Shown here in pieces: positions 14,811-26,737 of a DNA stretch of 64,000 nt (position 1 is its first letter; the number at the start of each line of letters is the position of its first letter). The translations under genes and the position numbers were made by a program. Origin of the DNA: Setoptus koraiensis (taxonomy: Eukaryota > Animalia > Arthropoda); NCBI GenBank assembly GCA_048013815.1, contig CM106586.1, positions 19,530,001-19,594,000 on the forward strand, in the 5' to 3' direction. The notes below the pieces were generated by a model, which had not been told where the DNA came from, did not search any database, and worked only from the letters and a program-made list of their open reading frames with translations.

Positions 14811-15386
14811 ATGCTTACATCAAAGATTGGCTCCATATTGCTAATTCAGGTCTTGGTCATGTATGCCACAGCAACCAGAAAAGAGGTTCCCCAAGTAACA
14901 ACGGATGTAAGTATAGGCTCAGAATACGCCTCGTTGCTAATCATTGATATCAATCACTAACTATAATCCGATTGGGATCATATTTCAACCCATTCTTTCT
15001 CCTCAATAGGATGAACTTAAGGGGCACTTAGCAAGAGCCGGCGACAAATTTGTTCTGCTCGCCTTGTACATAGAATCTGATCCACTTTATAAACTTCTGG
15101 AAGAAATCAGCGAAGAGGCCGAGTTTGCTGGACGTGTGGTTCCGGTGGCAGCTAACGCCGCCAAAGCGACGGTGAGACATTCTTGACATTTTCACTCACG
15201 ATTTGATTCTCATTATTGATTCACTAATTAAATGTCTGTGTTTTTGCCCACTCACAGGATCTCGTCGCTCAGTATGGAAGCGGTTTCCCACCGTCATTTG
15301 TTCTGTTCCAAAATGGGAATGAAGTCGAACGATTCTCTACGGATAGCAAGCAGCGATTGAAGGATATACTTTATACACACTTCTAA
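14811..15386 (+). CDS. Secreted CXXC-less thioredoxin-fold protein, copy A (128 aa); exons 14811-14906, 15010-15171, 15258-15386
   Basis: MLTSKIGSILLIQVLVMYATATRKEVPQVTTD/DELKGHLARAGDKFVLLALYIESDPLYKLLEEISEEAEFAGRVVPVAANAAKAT/DLVAQYGSGFPPSFVLFQNGNEVERFSTDSKQRLKDILYTHF*. GT-AG phase-0 introns sit at the same positions as in the Trx at 33920. Hydrophobic N-terminus, no Cys. Confidence 0.85.
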
Positions 15387-15389
15387 CAG

Positions 15390-16400
15390 TCCAATCATAT
15401 CTGACTCATTTCTCCTGAAATCAATTCGAAACACACTTGCGGTGCCTGTAAGCTAGAAAAACAAATGTATCAAACATTGTTCTAACAGAAATAAATCCTA
15501 TCAATTGGTATTGAAAAATGTACCCAATTTGAGACAATTGTTTGTGTTCATATCTCTCGTACGCGGCAAAGAGCGAATGCAGCAGTGCGAATTAAAGAGA
15601 TACTGCTCTGAAATATCTTGGCCGCTACAGGAAGAGATTGAAGTGCCTCGCGCAGATAACAACCGCGCACTAATGCGGATATCTCACAGAATAGCAATAC
15701 TCTTGCAGTAATGTAAATTTATCCAACAGGTACATTCGTGGTGCACGCGTAGGTGTAGTGCGTTTTCCTCCCCTCTACGCGGAATCGTAATTCCAGAGCT
15801 CGATGAGCAGATATTCTGCCAGTGCCTGACCTGTTGTAAGCGGGGGAAATCGCGACACTCATATCCCACTGGTTACACAGTGTCACAGCCACATAATTGA
15901 GCAAATATCAAACATTGAGCTTGTCGTCCCCTCAGTCCACTGAAAGATCGTGAGTAGGCAAGGTTCGGTCGATTTGCGACTCCCCAGCTCGCCCAGTCAC
16001 CCGAAATCTCCAGAAAACTGGAGAGAAAAAGAAAAAAAATTACAGCTGACGAGAAAAAAAGTGTGACCTATATTGCGACTGATATCGAGACCGATAGCGT
16101 GACATTTTTCCTTAATGAAGTTTAAAAGATCTAAATTTTCGTACGTAGCCTACCTACGATACAACAAATACAGTCAGTTCCTATACCAGACAGTAACACA
16201 GCAAGATGACCTAACACAGTCTGTATCGCTGGTTTTATTTTCATAATCAATTAAATAATGCTCAGAACAGAAATTGTCGCGATATTCTTGATTCGGTTCA
16301 TGGTCATGCATGGCACAACATTCTCAAAACACGTTTCCGAATTAAAAACGGAAGCATAGGCTCAAAATACAACTCGTTAGTAAAAAGATATTGAAATTTT
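15390..16400. repeat. About 1-kb block (Trx-like 3'UTR + spacer + orphan signal exon) present three times; also about 23670-24620 and 29990-31050
   Basis: Near-identical sequence, e.g. GAGCTTGTCGTCCCCTCAGTC..., CAGCTGACGAGAAAAAAAGTGTGACC... and CCTACGATACAACAAATACAGTCAGTTCC, at about 15920, 24120 and 30510. An inverted partial copy lies at about 24660-25080. Confidence 0.85.
16258..16353 (+). pseudogene. Orphan signal-peptide exon of the Trx-like family
   Basis: MLRTEIVAIFLIRFMVMHGTTFSKHVSELKTE. The GTAAGT donor is lost (GAA|GCATAGG) and no exon 2 or 3 follows. Confidence 0.7.
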
Positions 16401-16757
16401 GGAATAACGAGGGAAAACGCTCGACTTCCTCGCCTGAACCATAAAACATGTTTGCGATGTCGTACCTGTTGACTCCTGCTGCAACAGACTCGCAATTCTG
16501 CGAGTTGTCACCATTACTGCACTCTTGTGATATCTCAGAGCAATCTCTTTTTAATTCCTACTGCTGCATTCTCTTTTCTGCGTACGAGAGATATGAACAC
16601 AAACAATCGTCTCAAATTCGGTACATCTTTCAATCCCAATTGAAAGAATTTATTTTGGTTAGAATATTGATTGATACATTCGCTTCTCTAGCTTACAGGC
16701 ACCGTAAGTGTGTTTCGAATTGATTTCAGGAGAAATAAGTCAGACATCGTTGGGCTA

Positions 16758-17354
16758 CTAGAAATGTTCGAGATATGTGTAAAGTTTTTTCATCAAAGGA
16801 CGTACGCCAGGCGCATCAAAGTTTTTGACCTCAATTCCTCTTTGGAATAGAACATATGACGGTTCGACTGAGATATTATACTTGGCGACAAGTTCCTGTG
16901 AGTGGGCAAAAACACAAACATTCCATTAGTGAATCAATAATGAGAAATGAATCGTGAGTGAAAATGTCAACAATATCTCACCTTCGCTTTGACAATGTCG
17001 GCTGCGAGCGGAACAAAATTTTCACCAAATTCGCCTTTTGCGAATATATAGTCCAAAATTTGATAATATGAATTAGATTCATTGTAAAAGGCGAGCAGAA
17101 CAAATTTGTCGCCGGCTTTTTCAAATTGCCCCTCAAGTTCATCCTATTGAGGAGAAAAAATGGGTTGAAATATGAGCACGATTGGCTTCTAGTTAATGAT
17201 TAATGTCGATGATCAGAAGCAAGTCGTATTTCGAGCCCAAACTTACATTCGTTGTTATATGTGGAATGTCTTCTGAGAGTGTTTTTGAGAGTGTTGTGCC
17301 ATACATGACCAAGACCTGAATCAGCAATATGGAGACAATTTTTGATGTAAGCAT
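16758..17354 (-). CDS. Secreted CXXC-less thioredoxin-fold protein, copy B (135 aa); exons 17354-17247, 17143-16982, 16895-16758
   Basis: MLTSKIVSILLIQVLVMYGTTLSKTLSEDIPHITTN/DELEGQFEKAGDKFVLLAFYNESNSYYQILDYIFAKGEFGENFVPLAADIVKAK/ELVAKYNISVEPSYVLFQRGIEVKNFDAPGVRPLMKKLYTYLEHF*. Intact splice sites, no Cys. Confidence 0.85.
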
Positions 17355-18061
17355 GATTATTTAGTTGATGATGAAAATAAAAGCAGTAATAATCGTTGAT
17401 TTCTTATTGTCTAGTATACGCACTGAAAGTATTCATACAATCTATGACAGATACTCGACTGAGCGACTTTAAATGCTCAGTGCAATAATTTTACCAGTAT
17501 TTATATACGGAGCGATCACTTAATCACGATCCGCAAACATGTTTCATGGCACAGGGGTACAAGTATCGCACTTTCACCGGCGCACAACGGAGCGTAAGTT
17601 TGACACTAGTAGAAGATCAACTCCTCGGTCTCGGAAATAACAATTTTTAGCATAGACGAGGGAAAACCCTATACACAGCCAGCCCTGCACCGAGAAACAT
17701 TTTTGCGTTATTGTAAACATGTTTACCTGTCAACTCTTGTCGCAACAGTCTTGCCATTCTTTGAGTTGTCAGCATTACTGTGTTGTTGTTATCTTATCGG
17801 GGCACGTCAATCTTTTCTTGTATCGGCCATAATATCTCAGAGCGATCTGTATTTGATTCGCACTGCCGTATTCTCTCTTTTCTGCGTACGAGAGATATTA
17901 ACACAAACAATCGTCTCAAATTGGGTACATTTTTCAATCCTTATTGATAGGATTTATTTCTGTTAGAACAATGTTTGATACATTTGTTTTTTTGGCTTAC
18001 AGTCACCGTAAGTGTGTTTTGAATTTATTTCAGGTGAAATGAGTCAGATATAATTGGGCTG

Positions 18062-18575
18062 CTAGAAATGTTGCATAAGTAAATGCTTCAAATGCTCATC
18101 GTCATTCGTTTCGAATGTCGTGCTCATGTGTCCATTTTCGAATAGAACACTTGTCGGGGTGTTCTCGATACGATACCGGTGGGCGAGATCCTGTTAGTGG
18201 GCGAGAACACGAACATTTCATTAGTGAATCAATAATGAGAATCGAATCGAGAGTGAAAATGTCAAGAATGTCTCACCTCCGCTTTGGCGACATCAGCCGC
18301 CAGAGGAACCAGACGTCCAGTAAATGGGGCTTCTGTGACCCATTTACGTTCTAGAACCTTATAAAATGGACAAGACTCTTCTTTGTAAAAGACGAGCAGA
18401 ACAAATTTGTCGCCGGCTCTTTCTAAGTGCTCGTCAAGTTCATCCTATTGAGGAGAAAAAATGGGTTGAAATATGAGCCCGATTGGCTTCTAGTTAGTGA
18501 TTAAATTCAATGATCACCAGCGAGGCGTATTCTGAGCCTATACTTACATCCGTTGTTACTTTGGGAACCTCTTTT
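18062..18575 (-). pseudogene. Trx-like copy C, start codon and signal peptide deleted
   Basis: Exons 2 and 3 are open (DELDEHLERAGDKFVLLVFYKEESCPFY...; DLAHRYRIENTPTSVLFENG...MQHF*). The upstream ...ATTAAACATCAA is joined directly to AAGAGGTTCCCAAAGTA, which removes the ATG and hydrophobic segment. Confidence 0.75.
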
Positions 18576-20005
18576 GATGTTTAATTGATGATGAAAAAGC
18601 ATTTATTTTCAGAATAGATTTTCAGAATAAGCAGGGATAACTCTTAATGTCCTATTGTCTAGTCTACAAACTGGCGATTTTCGTACAATCTAAAGTGTTT
18701 GCTCGATTAAGCGACTGTGGCAATGAGTAAAAAGTAATAATGTTACCAGTATTTATACGGAGCGATCTACACAATCGCGATTTGCAAACATGTTTCAAGG
18801 TACATGGGTACGCGTATCGCACTTTACCCTGGGCACAACAGAGCGTAAGTTTGAAACCTGTAACTGGTAGAACATCTACTTCTAGGTCTTCTGTGACACG
18901 TCGGCGAGATTACTGCGCTGTTGTTATCTTGTCCAGGCACATCATCGCATCGGCCAAGATAGATATCTCAGAGCGATCTGTCTTTAATTAGCACTTCCGT
19001 ATTCTCTCTTTGCTATATGTAAACAAACAAATGTTGGCATAGGAAAAATCCCTAATTGATCGCCATAGCTCACGTAGCATAATGAGCGCTGCATCAAGAA
19101 AAGAAGCACCACCAGGAGAGACAGATATGAACACAAACAAGCTGGCGCAATCACAACAAATTCTGGCCCATTATCGTTGACATTTTTCTTAATTCTCATT
19201 CTGATGACAACTGATTTCGAAAGCGACCTGTCGAGTCGCAGCATCAAACTCAACTTGTCAAAGCTTACCTGGCGTCAAAGCTGCTATACGTTATCCTTTG
19301 CGATTGCACCTAATCCACGATGAAAACCAACACCAAGCGAGTGAACACAGCTAACAAGATGCAGCCCAAGTGCAAGTGTGAGATGGTGCTTCTTTTCTTG
19401 ATGCAGCGCTCATTACGTGAATTATGGCGATCAATTAGGGATTTGTCCTATGCCAACATTTGTTTGTTCACATCTCTCGTACGCGTCAAAGAGAGAATAC
19501 GGCAGTGCGAATTAAAGAGAGATTGCTCTGACAACTTGTGAGATATTCTGGCCGCTACAGCAGGAGATTGAAGTGCCACGATAAGATAACAACAACACAG
19601 TAATGCTGACAACTCAAAGAATGGCAAGACTGTTGCGGTAAGAGTCAACAGGTACAATATCGCAAACATGTTTCATGGTGCAGGGCTGGCTGGGTAGAGC
19701 GTTTTCCCTGGTGTATGCGCAAAATCGTTATTCCTGAGAACGAGCAGTTGATGTTCAGCAAGTTTCAAACTTATGCTCCGTTGTGCGCCGGGGAAAGTGC
19801 GATACTCGTACCCCTTTGACATGAAACATGTTTGCGAATCGCGATCGTATAAATCGGCCAGTGTAAATACTGGCAATATTATGCCGTTTTTCTCGGAGCC
19901 ATAGTCGCATAATCGAGTAACTATCACAGATTGTCAGTCCCTACACTAGACAATAAGACATCAAGGATTATCCCTGCTTTTATTTTCACCATCAACTAAA
20001 TAACC

Positions 20006-20619
20006 ATGCTCACATCAAAAATTGTCTCGATGATCCTAATTCAGGCCATGTTCCTGTATAGCGCGACACTCTCAAAAGAATGGAAAACATGCACCAGACT
20101 TCCCTTAGTAATAACGCGTGTAATTATAGGTTCAAAATGCGCCTCGTTGCTGATCATTGAATCCATTAATTAGACTAATGAGAATAATTAGAAGCTAATT
20201 GTTCATCTTATGACCACACCGTTTTTCACCCAAATAGCAACAACTCTCCGAGCAATTCGCTAAAGCCGGAGACACACCGGTCCTTGTCTACTCCTACTAC
20301 CGAGCTCCGAGTGCTGAGCTCTGTAATGAAATAGAGTATCTCATAAACAGGGAAAAGCCTCTTAAGTTAGTCACACTCAGAGTTGACGCCTTTGAAGCCG
20401 AGGTATGCTACTCTCGATATTCCCACTCACGATTGAATAACCACAATTGATCCACCACAATTGATCTTTGTTTTTCTCCTAACACAGCACCCTTTGGGGA
20501 TTGACTTTGACTTTCGCTCAGTGGTTCTATTCAGTAAAGGCAAGGAGATCGGCCGGGCGACAGACAAGAATAGTATGTCAGACATGTTCGCCAAGCATGC
20601 ATCTAGGATCTTAACATGA
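20006..20619 (+). CDS. Secreted CXXC-less thioredoxin-fold protein, copy D (136 aa); exons 20006-20119, 20238-20402, 20488-20619
   Basis: MLTSKIVSMILIQAMFLYSATLSKEWKTCTRLPLVITR/QQLSEQFAKAGDTPVLVYSYYRAPSAELCNEIEYLINREKPLKLVTLRVDAFEAE/HPLGIDFDFRSVVLFSKGKEIGRATDKNSMSDMFAKHASRILT*. Intron 2 begins GTATGCTACTCTCGATATTC, identical to the canonical Trx. Confidence 0.8.
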
Positions 20620-20929
20620 GGTCGGCTAATTCTATTCGAACAGCGAGAAGGATTTGAAGCGTAAACTTGAGCAACGATATCTGACACATTTCTCCTGAAA
20701 TCAATCCGAAACACACTTACAAGCTAGAGAAACAAATGTATCAAACATTATTCTAACAGAAATTAATTCCATCGATTGGAATGGAGTAATTCACTCAATA
20801 TGATAAGAATCTGCAATAGTCTACCATTATTTGCTCACTATAGCTATCTATCTCACAGCCACTCATCTGCCGATGCAAATTTGTCCAAACATGATGTCCG
20901 AGACTTGATCTTTCGTCGTTCTGCATTGC

Positions 20930-21356
20930 GCGCGACGGAAGCTCGGCAAATAAATCTCTGCGCGAGCTTAGAAGCTTATATTCACCTGGAAACTTAAATC
21001 TTGCAACTTTTTTAGTGATCGGGGGAGAAAGTCCTGGGTAGGCTCAGAAATGCAGCTCCCGCTTTTCATTTGACACCCTGAATTACAGGCAAAGATTAAC
21101 TGCCATCAGGAGCTTTTCTACTCCAGTCGATGAATTGACAATCAAGTCATTCGTATTTGACATTATCGATATCCATGGTTTCCAATTTATGGAATGAAAT
21201 TCAATCTAAAGTCGCTACTTCATTCGTCAATATTTTATGTGCACTCTGTAACGGGGATCGACCGGGAGGGCAGCGGGAGCGAAGTTCGGAAAGCACTAGT
21301 GAGAGATGCACTGTTGAGCCTACACAGAATTTGCTCCCCCGATCACTAAAAAAGTT
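20930..21356. mobile_element. Truncated copy of the foldback/MITE element at 32566-33072
   Basis: Inner inverted repeats TAGTGATCGGGGGAG (21013) and CTCCCCCGATCACTA (21348). The internal sequence nearly matches 32648-32988. Confidence 0.6.
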
Positions 21357-21472
21357 TAGTGATGGGGGGAAAGCTCCCGCCCATGGGAGAATTCTCCCCG
21401 GGAGATTTTTCACCGGAAGCTCCCGCGTGCCGTTCATGTGCCTCGCAAAGATAACGAGAGCGTAGTGATCTC
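21357..21472 (+). mobile_element. hAT-like terminal fragment (about 115 bp)
   Basis: TAGTGATGGGGGGAAAGCTCCCGCCCATGGGAGAATTC.... An inverted copy lies at 27433-27549 with the same inner breakpoint. Confidence 0.5.
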
Positions 21473-21637
21473 GCTGGCTGTGTAGAGCGTTTTCCCCCCG
21501 TCTATGCGCAAAATCGTCATTCCTAAGACCGAGCATTGGATACTAGGATATTCTGCTAGTTTGCTCGGTTGTGCGCGGGGCAAGGCGCGATTCTCGTATA
21601 ATAATACATCGAGAATTTTCATCATCGACTAAATAAT

Positions 21638-22219
21638 CACAACAGAAATCGTCGCTCTATTTCTGGTTCAGGTATTGGTCATGTGTAGCACAACACAGTC
21701 AATAGAGTTTCCCGAAGTGAAGACGAATGTAAGTTTGGGCCCGACGCTCGCCTCATTATCGATCACTATCTATACTTAATTAGAAGTTATTAATTAAAAG
21801 CCAATTGTTGTCAATTATCATTTTGCAACACCTTCAGGCTTGCCTCCACAAGTAATTCGAGAAAGCCGGAGACAAAATAGTTCTGCTCACTTTTTTCGGC
21901 AAATCCCGTCCATTCATTGAGGAGATGAAGGAATGGATGGAAGAACCAGATAATGCACGAGATCAATGCATGTAGTTAGAGCGGACGTTAGCAAGGCTGA
22001 TGTAAATTATTATTGATATTATCACTCACCACGTAATTATCACTATTTACGATCCACTTATGCAATGTTCATGTTTTTCCCCACGCTCAGAGGTTGGCCC
22101 AAAAATATAAAGTTACACACACACCGTCACATGTTATTTTCCATCATGAAGAGTTTCTCGACGATTTCGATGCGTCTGATTACTCAAATATAAGGCCCAG
22201 AATTGACGCCCATTTCTAA
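21638..22219 (+). pseudogene. Trx-like copy E (clade of copy J)
   Basis: ATG deleted, in-frame TAA early in exon 2 (CAC AAG TAA TTC GAG) and a frameshift late in exon 2. Exon 3 is open (RLAQKYKVTHTPSHVIFHHEEF...IDAHF*). Confidence 0.75.
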
Positions 22220-23077
22220 CAGCCTAGTGATAGATGGCTCATTCATCCTGAAATCAATTCACAACTCACTTACGGTGCCTGTAAGCTAGCGAAGCAAATG
22301 TATCAATCAAATTGATACAATTATTGTTACCAATCAATAAATGTGTGTGCAAATTGAATAAAGTTATGCAAAGTTAACTCGAAGCGATTGAATGGTGAAT
22401 TTGTGGCCATAATCAACACCAAGCAAGCGAAAACAGGAAAGAAGCAGCTCAAGTGATGGCAATCAATTAGGCACTTTTCCATCATTTTCACGTTTTTATG
22501 GTTGTTTGTGTTCACATTTATCGTACGCGGCAATGGGAATGCAGTGCGAATCAAAGACAGGTCGCTCTGAGATATTCTGGCCGACACAAGAAAAGATTAA
22601 AGTGCCTCGATAAGATAACAACAACACAGTAAAGCTGACAACTCACAGAATGGCAAGACTGTTGCGGCAAGAGTTGACAGGTAAACATGTTTACAATATC
22701 GCAAAAATGTTTCTCGTTGCTGGCTGTATAAAGCGTTCTCCCTCTCCTATGTGCAACATCGTCATTCCCGAAACCGAGGAGTAGATTACTACTGGTGACT
22801 AGTTTCAAACTTATGCTATGTTGTGCGCCGGGATAATTGCGATATTCGTACCCCTGTACCATGAAGCACGAATCGCGATCGTATAAATTTGTCTGTATAA
22901 ATGCTGGCAACATTATGCTGTTTTTAACAGAGCCATATTTGCATAATCCAGCAAATATCATACATTGGATGGATACTGTCATTTCCTGTCAGATCAGACA
23001 GTAACACAGCAAGGCGACCTACTAGAATCTTCATTCCAGCTTTTATTCTCAAAATCAACAAAGAAATCAAAGAAATC

Positions 23078-23671
23078 ATTCTCACAACAAAGATTGTCTC
23101 CATATTGCTAATTCAGGTCTTGGTCATGTATGGCACAGCAACCTCAAAAGTCATTCCCCAAATAACAACGGGTGTAAGTACAGGCCCAAAATACGCCTCG
23201 TTGCTAATCATTGATATCAATCACTAACTATAATCCGATTGGGATCATATTTCAACCCATTCCTTCTCCTTAATAGTATGAACTTGACGGCCACTTAGCA
23301 AGAGCCGGCAACAAATTTGTTTTGCTCGCCTTTTTCACAGAAGATAATCCATTTTATAAAGTTCTGGAGGATATTAGCGCAGAGGACCCGTTTGCTGGAC
23401 GTCTGGTTCCGGTGGCAGCTAACGTCGCCAAAGCGACGGTGAGACATTCTTGACATTTTCGCTCACGATTGATTTTTTTTGTTTACTATTGATTTACTGA
23501 CGAAATATTTATGTTTTTGCCCACTCACAGGATCTGGTCGCCAAGTATAATATCCGAGACACACCGTCATTTGCTCTATTCGAAAATGGAGATCTGATCA
23601 CCACATTCAATACGGATGACGAGGAAGATTTGAAGAACTATATACTTTATAATCGGCCCAATTATATCTGA
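23078..23671 (+). pseudogene. Trx-like copy F; frames and splice sites intact but start codon is ATT
   Basis: (ATT)LTTKIVSILLIQVLVMYGTATSKVIPQITTG/YELDGHLARAGNKFVLLAFFTEDNPFYKVLEDISAEDPFAGRLVPVAANVAKAT/DLVAKYNIRDTPSFALFENGDLITTFNTDDEEDLKNYILYNRPNYI*. A small 3' deletion removes the family stop codon. Confidence 0.65.
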
Positions 23672-24465
23672 CTCATTTCTCCTGAAATCAATTCGAAACA
23701 CACTTACGGTGCCCGTAAGCTGGAAAAACAAATGTATCAAACATTATTCTGACAGAAATAAATCTTATCAATTGGGATTGAAAAATGTACCCAGTTTGAA
23801 ACGATTGTTTGTGTTTACATCTGTCGTAAGCGGCAAAGAGAATGCACCCTTGCGAATTAAAGAGAGACTGCTCTGGGATATCTTGGCCGATACAAGAACA
23901 GATTGATGTGCCTCGCGGAGATGACAACCGCGCACTAATGCAGATATCTCACAGAATAGGTGTAGTGCGTTTTCGTCCCCTATGCGGAATCGTAATTCCA
24001 GAGCTCGATGAGCAGATATTCTGCCAGTGCCTGACCTGTTGTAAGCGGGGGAAATCGCGACACTCATACCCCACTGGTTACACAGTGTCACAGCCACATA
24101 ATTGAGCAAATATCAAACATTGAGCTTGTCGTCCCCTCAGTCGACTGAAAGATCGTGAGTAGGCAAGGTTCGGTCGATTTGCGACTCCCCAGCTCGCCCT
24201 CAGTCACCTGAAATCTCCAGAAAACTAGAGAGAAAAAGAAAAAAAAATTACAGCTGACGAGAAAAAAAGTGTGACCAATATTGCGACCGATATCGAGACC
24301 GATAGCGTGACATTTTTCCTTAATGAAGTTTAAAGGATCTAAATTTTCGTACGTAACCTACCTACGATACAACAAATACAGTCAGTTCCTATACCAGACA
24401 GTAACACAGCAAGATGACCTAACAGAGTCTGTATCGCTGGTTTTATTTTCATAATCAATTAAATA

Positions 24466-24561
24466 ATGCTCAGAACAAAAATTGTCGCGATATTCTTGAT
24501 TCGGTTCTTGGTCATGCATGGCACAACATTCTCAAAAGATGTTTCCGAATTGAAAACGGAA
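24466..24561 (+). pseudogene. Orphan signal-peptide exon of the Trx-like family
   Basis: MLRTKIVAIFLIRFLVMHGTTFSKDVSELKTE. Weak or degenerate donor and no downstream exons. Confidence 0.7.
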
Positions 24562-25086
24562 GTGCAGGCTCAAAATACGACTCGTTAGTAACTTGAATTA
24601 GTATCGCGGACATAACAGAACGCTAATGACGATATTGAAATTTTGGAATAACGAGGCAGAATATCTGCTCATCGAGCTCTGGAATTACGATTCCGCATAG
24701 GGGAGGAAAACGCACTACACCTACCCATGCACCACGAATGTACCTGTTGGATAAATTTACATTACTGCAAGAGTCTTGCTATTCTGTGAGATATCCGCAT
24801 TAGTGCGCGGTTGTTATCAGCGCGAGGCACTTCAATCTCTTCCTGTAGCGGCCAAAACATCTCAGAGCAACCTCTCTTCAATATTCGCACTGCCGTATTC
24901 TCTTTTCTGCGTAAGAGAGATATGAACACAAAGAATGGTTTCAAATTGGGAACATTTTTCAATCCCTATTGATAGGATTTATTTCTGTTAGAACAATGTT
25001 TGATACATTTGTTTTTCCAGCTTACAGGCACCGTAAGTGTGTTTCGAATTGATTTCAGGAGAAATGAGTCAGATATAATTGGGCTG

Positions 25087-25672
25087 TTAGAAATGTCTAT
25101 AAAGTATATTCATCAAATGCTCCTCGCCATCCGTATCGAATTTGGTGATCAGATCTCCATCTTCGAATAGAACAAATGACGGTGTGACTGAGATATTAAA
25201 CCTGGTGACCAGATCCTGTGAGTGGGCAAAAACATAAATATTTCATAAGTAAATAAATCAATAGTAAACAAAAAAAATCAATCGTGAGTGAAAATGTCAA
25301 GAATGTCTCACCTTCGCTTTGTCGACGTTTGCTGCCACCGGGAACATACGTCCAGCAAACGGGGCCTCTGCGCTGATACCCTCCAGAACTTTATAAAATG
25401 GATAAGATTCTTTGTAAAAGGCGAGCAGAAGAAATTTGTTGCCGGCTTTTGCTAAGTGCCCCTCAAATTCACTCTATTGAGGAGAAAAAATGGGTTGAAA
25501 TATGATCCCAATCGGATTATAGTTAGTGATTGATATCAATGATTAGCAACGAGGCGTATTTTGGGCCTGTACTTACACCCGTTGTTATTTGGGGAATGAC
25601 TTTTGAGGTTGCTGTGCCATACATGACCAAGACCTGAATTAGCAATATGGAGACAATTTTTGATGTAAGCAT
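25087..25672 (-). CDS. Secreted CXXC-less thioredoxin-fold protein, copy G (128 aa); exons 25672-25577, 25473-25312, 25215-25087
   Basis: MLTSKIVSILLIQVLVMYGTATSKVIPQITTG/SEFEGHLAKAGNKFLLLAFYKESYPFYKVLEGISAEAPFAGRMFPVAANVDKAK/DLVTRFNISVTPSFVLFEDGDLITKFDTDGEEHLMNILYRHF*. Intact, no Cys. Confidence 0.85.
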
Positions 25673-25826
25673 GATCATTTAGTTGATGATGAAAAAGCAG
25701 GGATAATCCTTGATTCCTTGATATTCATACAACCTATGACAGACACTCGACTGAGCGACTCTAAATACTCAATACAATAATTTTACCAGTATTTATATAC
25801 GAAGCGATCACTTAATCGCGATTTGT

Positions 25827-26008
25827 AAACATGTTTCATGGTGCAGGGCTGGATGCAGAGCGTTTTCCCTGGTCTATGCGAAAAATTGTCATTCCTGACT
25901 CAGAAATCCTGAGACCGAGGAGTAGATGTTCGGCTAGTTTCAAACTTACTCTCTCTTCTGGTCAGACTAAAGTGCGACACTCGTACCCTTGCACCATGAA
26001 ACAAGTTT
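25827..26008. repeat. About 180-bp upstream module bounded by about 22-bp inverted repeats (AAACATGTTTCATGGTGCAGGG ... CCTTGCACCATGAAACAAGTTT)
   Basis: A related module lies about 150-350 bp upstream of most family members (e.g. 17535-17703, 19665-19835, 27855-28018, 29081-29250). This copy is in the opposite orientation. Confidence 0.7.
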
Positions 26009-26737
26009 TCGATGTTGTACCTGTTGAATCTTACCGCAACAGTCTTGCCATTCTGTGAGTTGTCAGCATTACTGTGTTGTTGTTATCTTATCGTGGCACT
26101 TCAATCTATTCTGTCTTTGATTCGCACCGCATTCTCTCTGTCGCGTACGATAAATGTGAACACAAACAACCATAAAAACGTGAAAATGATGGGAAAGTGC
26201 CTAATTGATTGCCATCACTAGCATGATTGCTGCTGTAATAGAGAAGAGGCATCACTTGAGCTGCTTCTTTCCTGTTTTCGCTTGCTTGGTGCTAATTCTG
26301 CTCACAAATTCACCATTCCATCGCTTCGAGTTAACTTTGCATAACTTTATTCAATCTGCACACATAGAAGATCCTTAGATTCGTGTAGAAACACACATCT
26401 ATTCTCATACAGTAAACGTTGACTATACATACGTATACAAATAAATAGATTGCATCAAAATCAAACTACTGTGCACACACGGTCCCATAGGTCACAACGA
26501 ACGAGCAAGTTTGCGGAGTTTCAGTCTGAGACTCGCATCGGTAGGTGAGCGGCCGAGGGTGTTTGCGACGGTCGGCGAATGCTGTTCGACTCAAATTGGG
26601 TTTTATTTTTCAATTCAAATTGAGAGAATTTATTTTTGTCAGAATATTGATTGATACATTTGCTTCTCTAGCTTACAGGCACCGTAAGTGTGTTTTGAAT
26701 TGATTTCGGGATCAATGAGCCATATATCACTAGGCTG

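Noticed and set aside
16040-16125. Hammerhead ribozyme suggested by CTGACGAG in the triplicated block
   Set aside because: No correctly placed GAAA core or closing helices were found.
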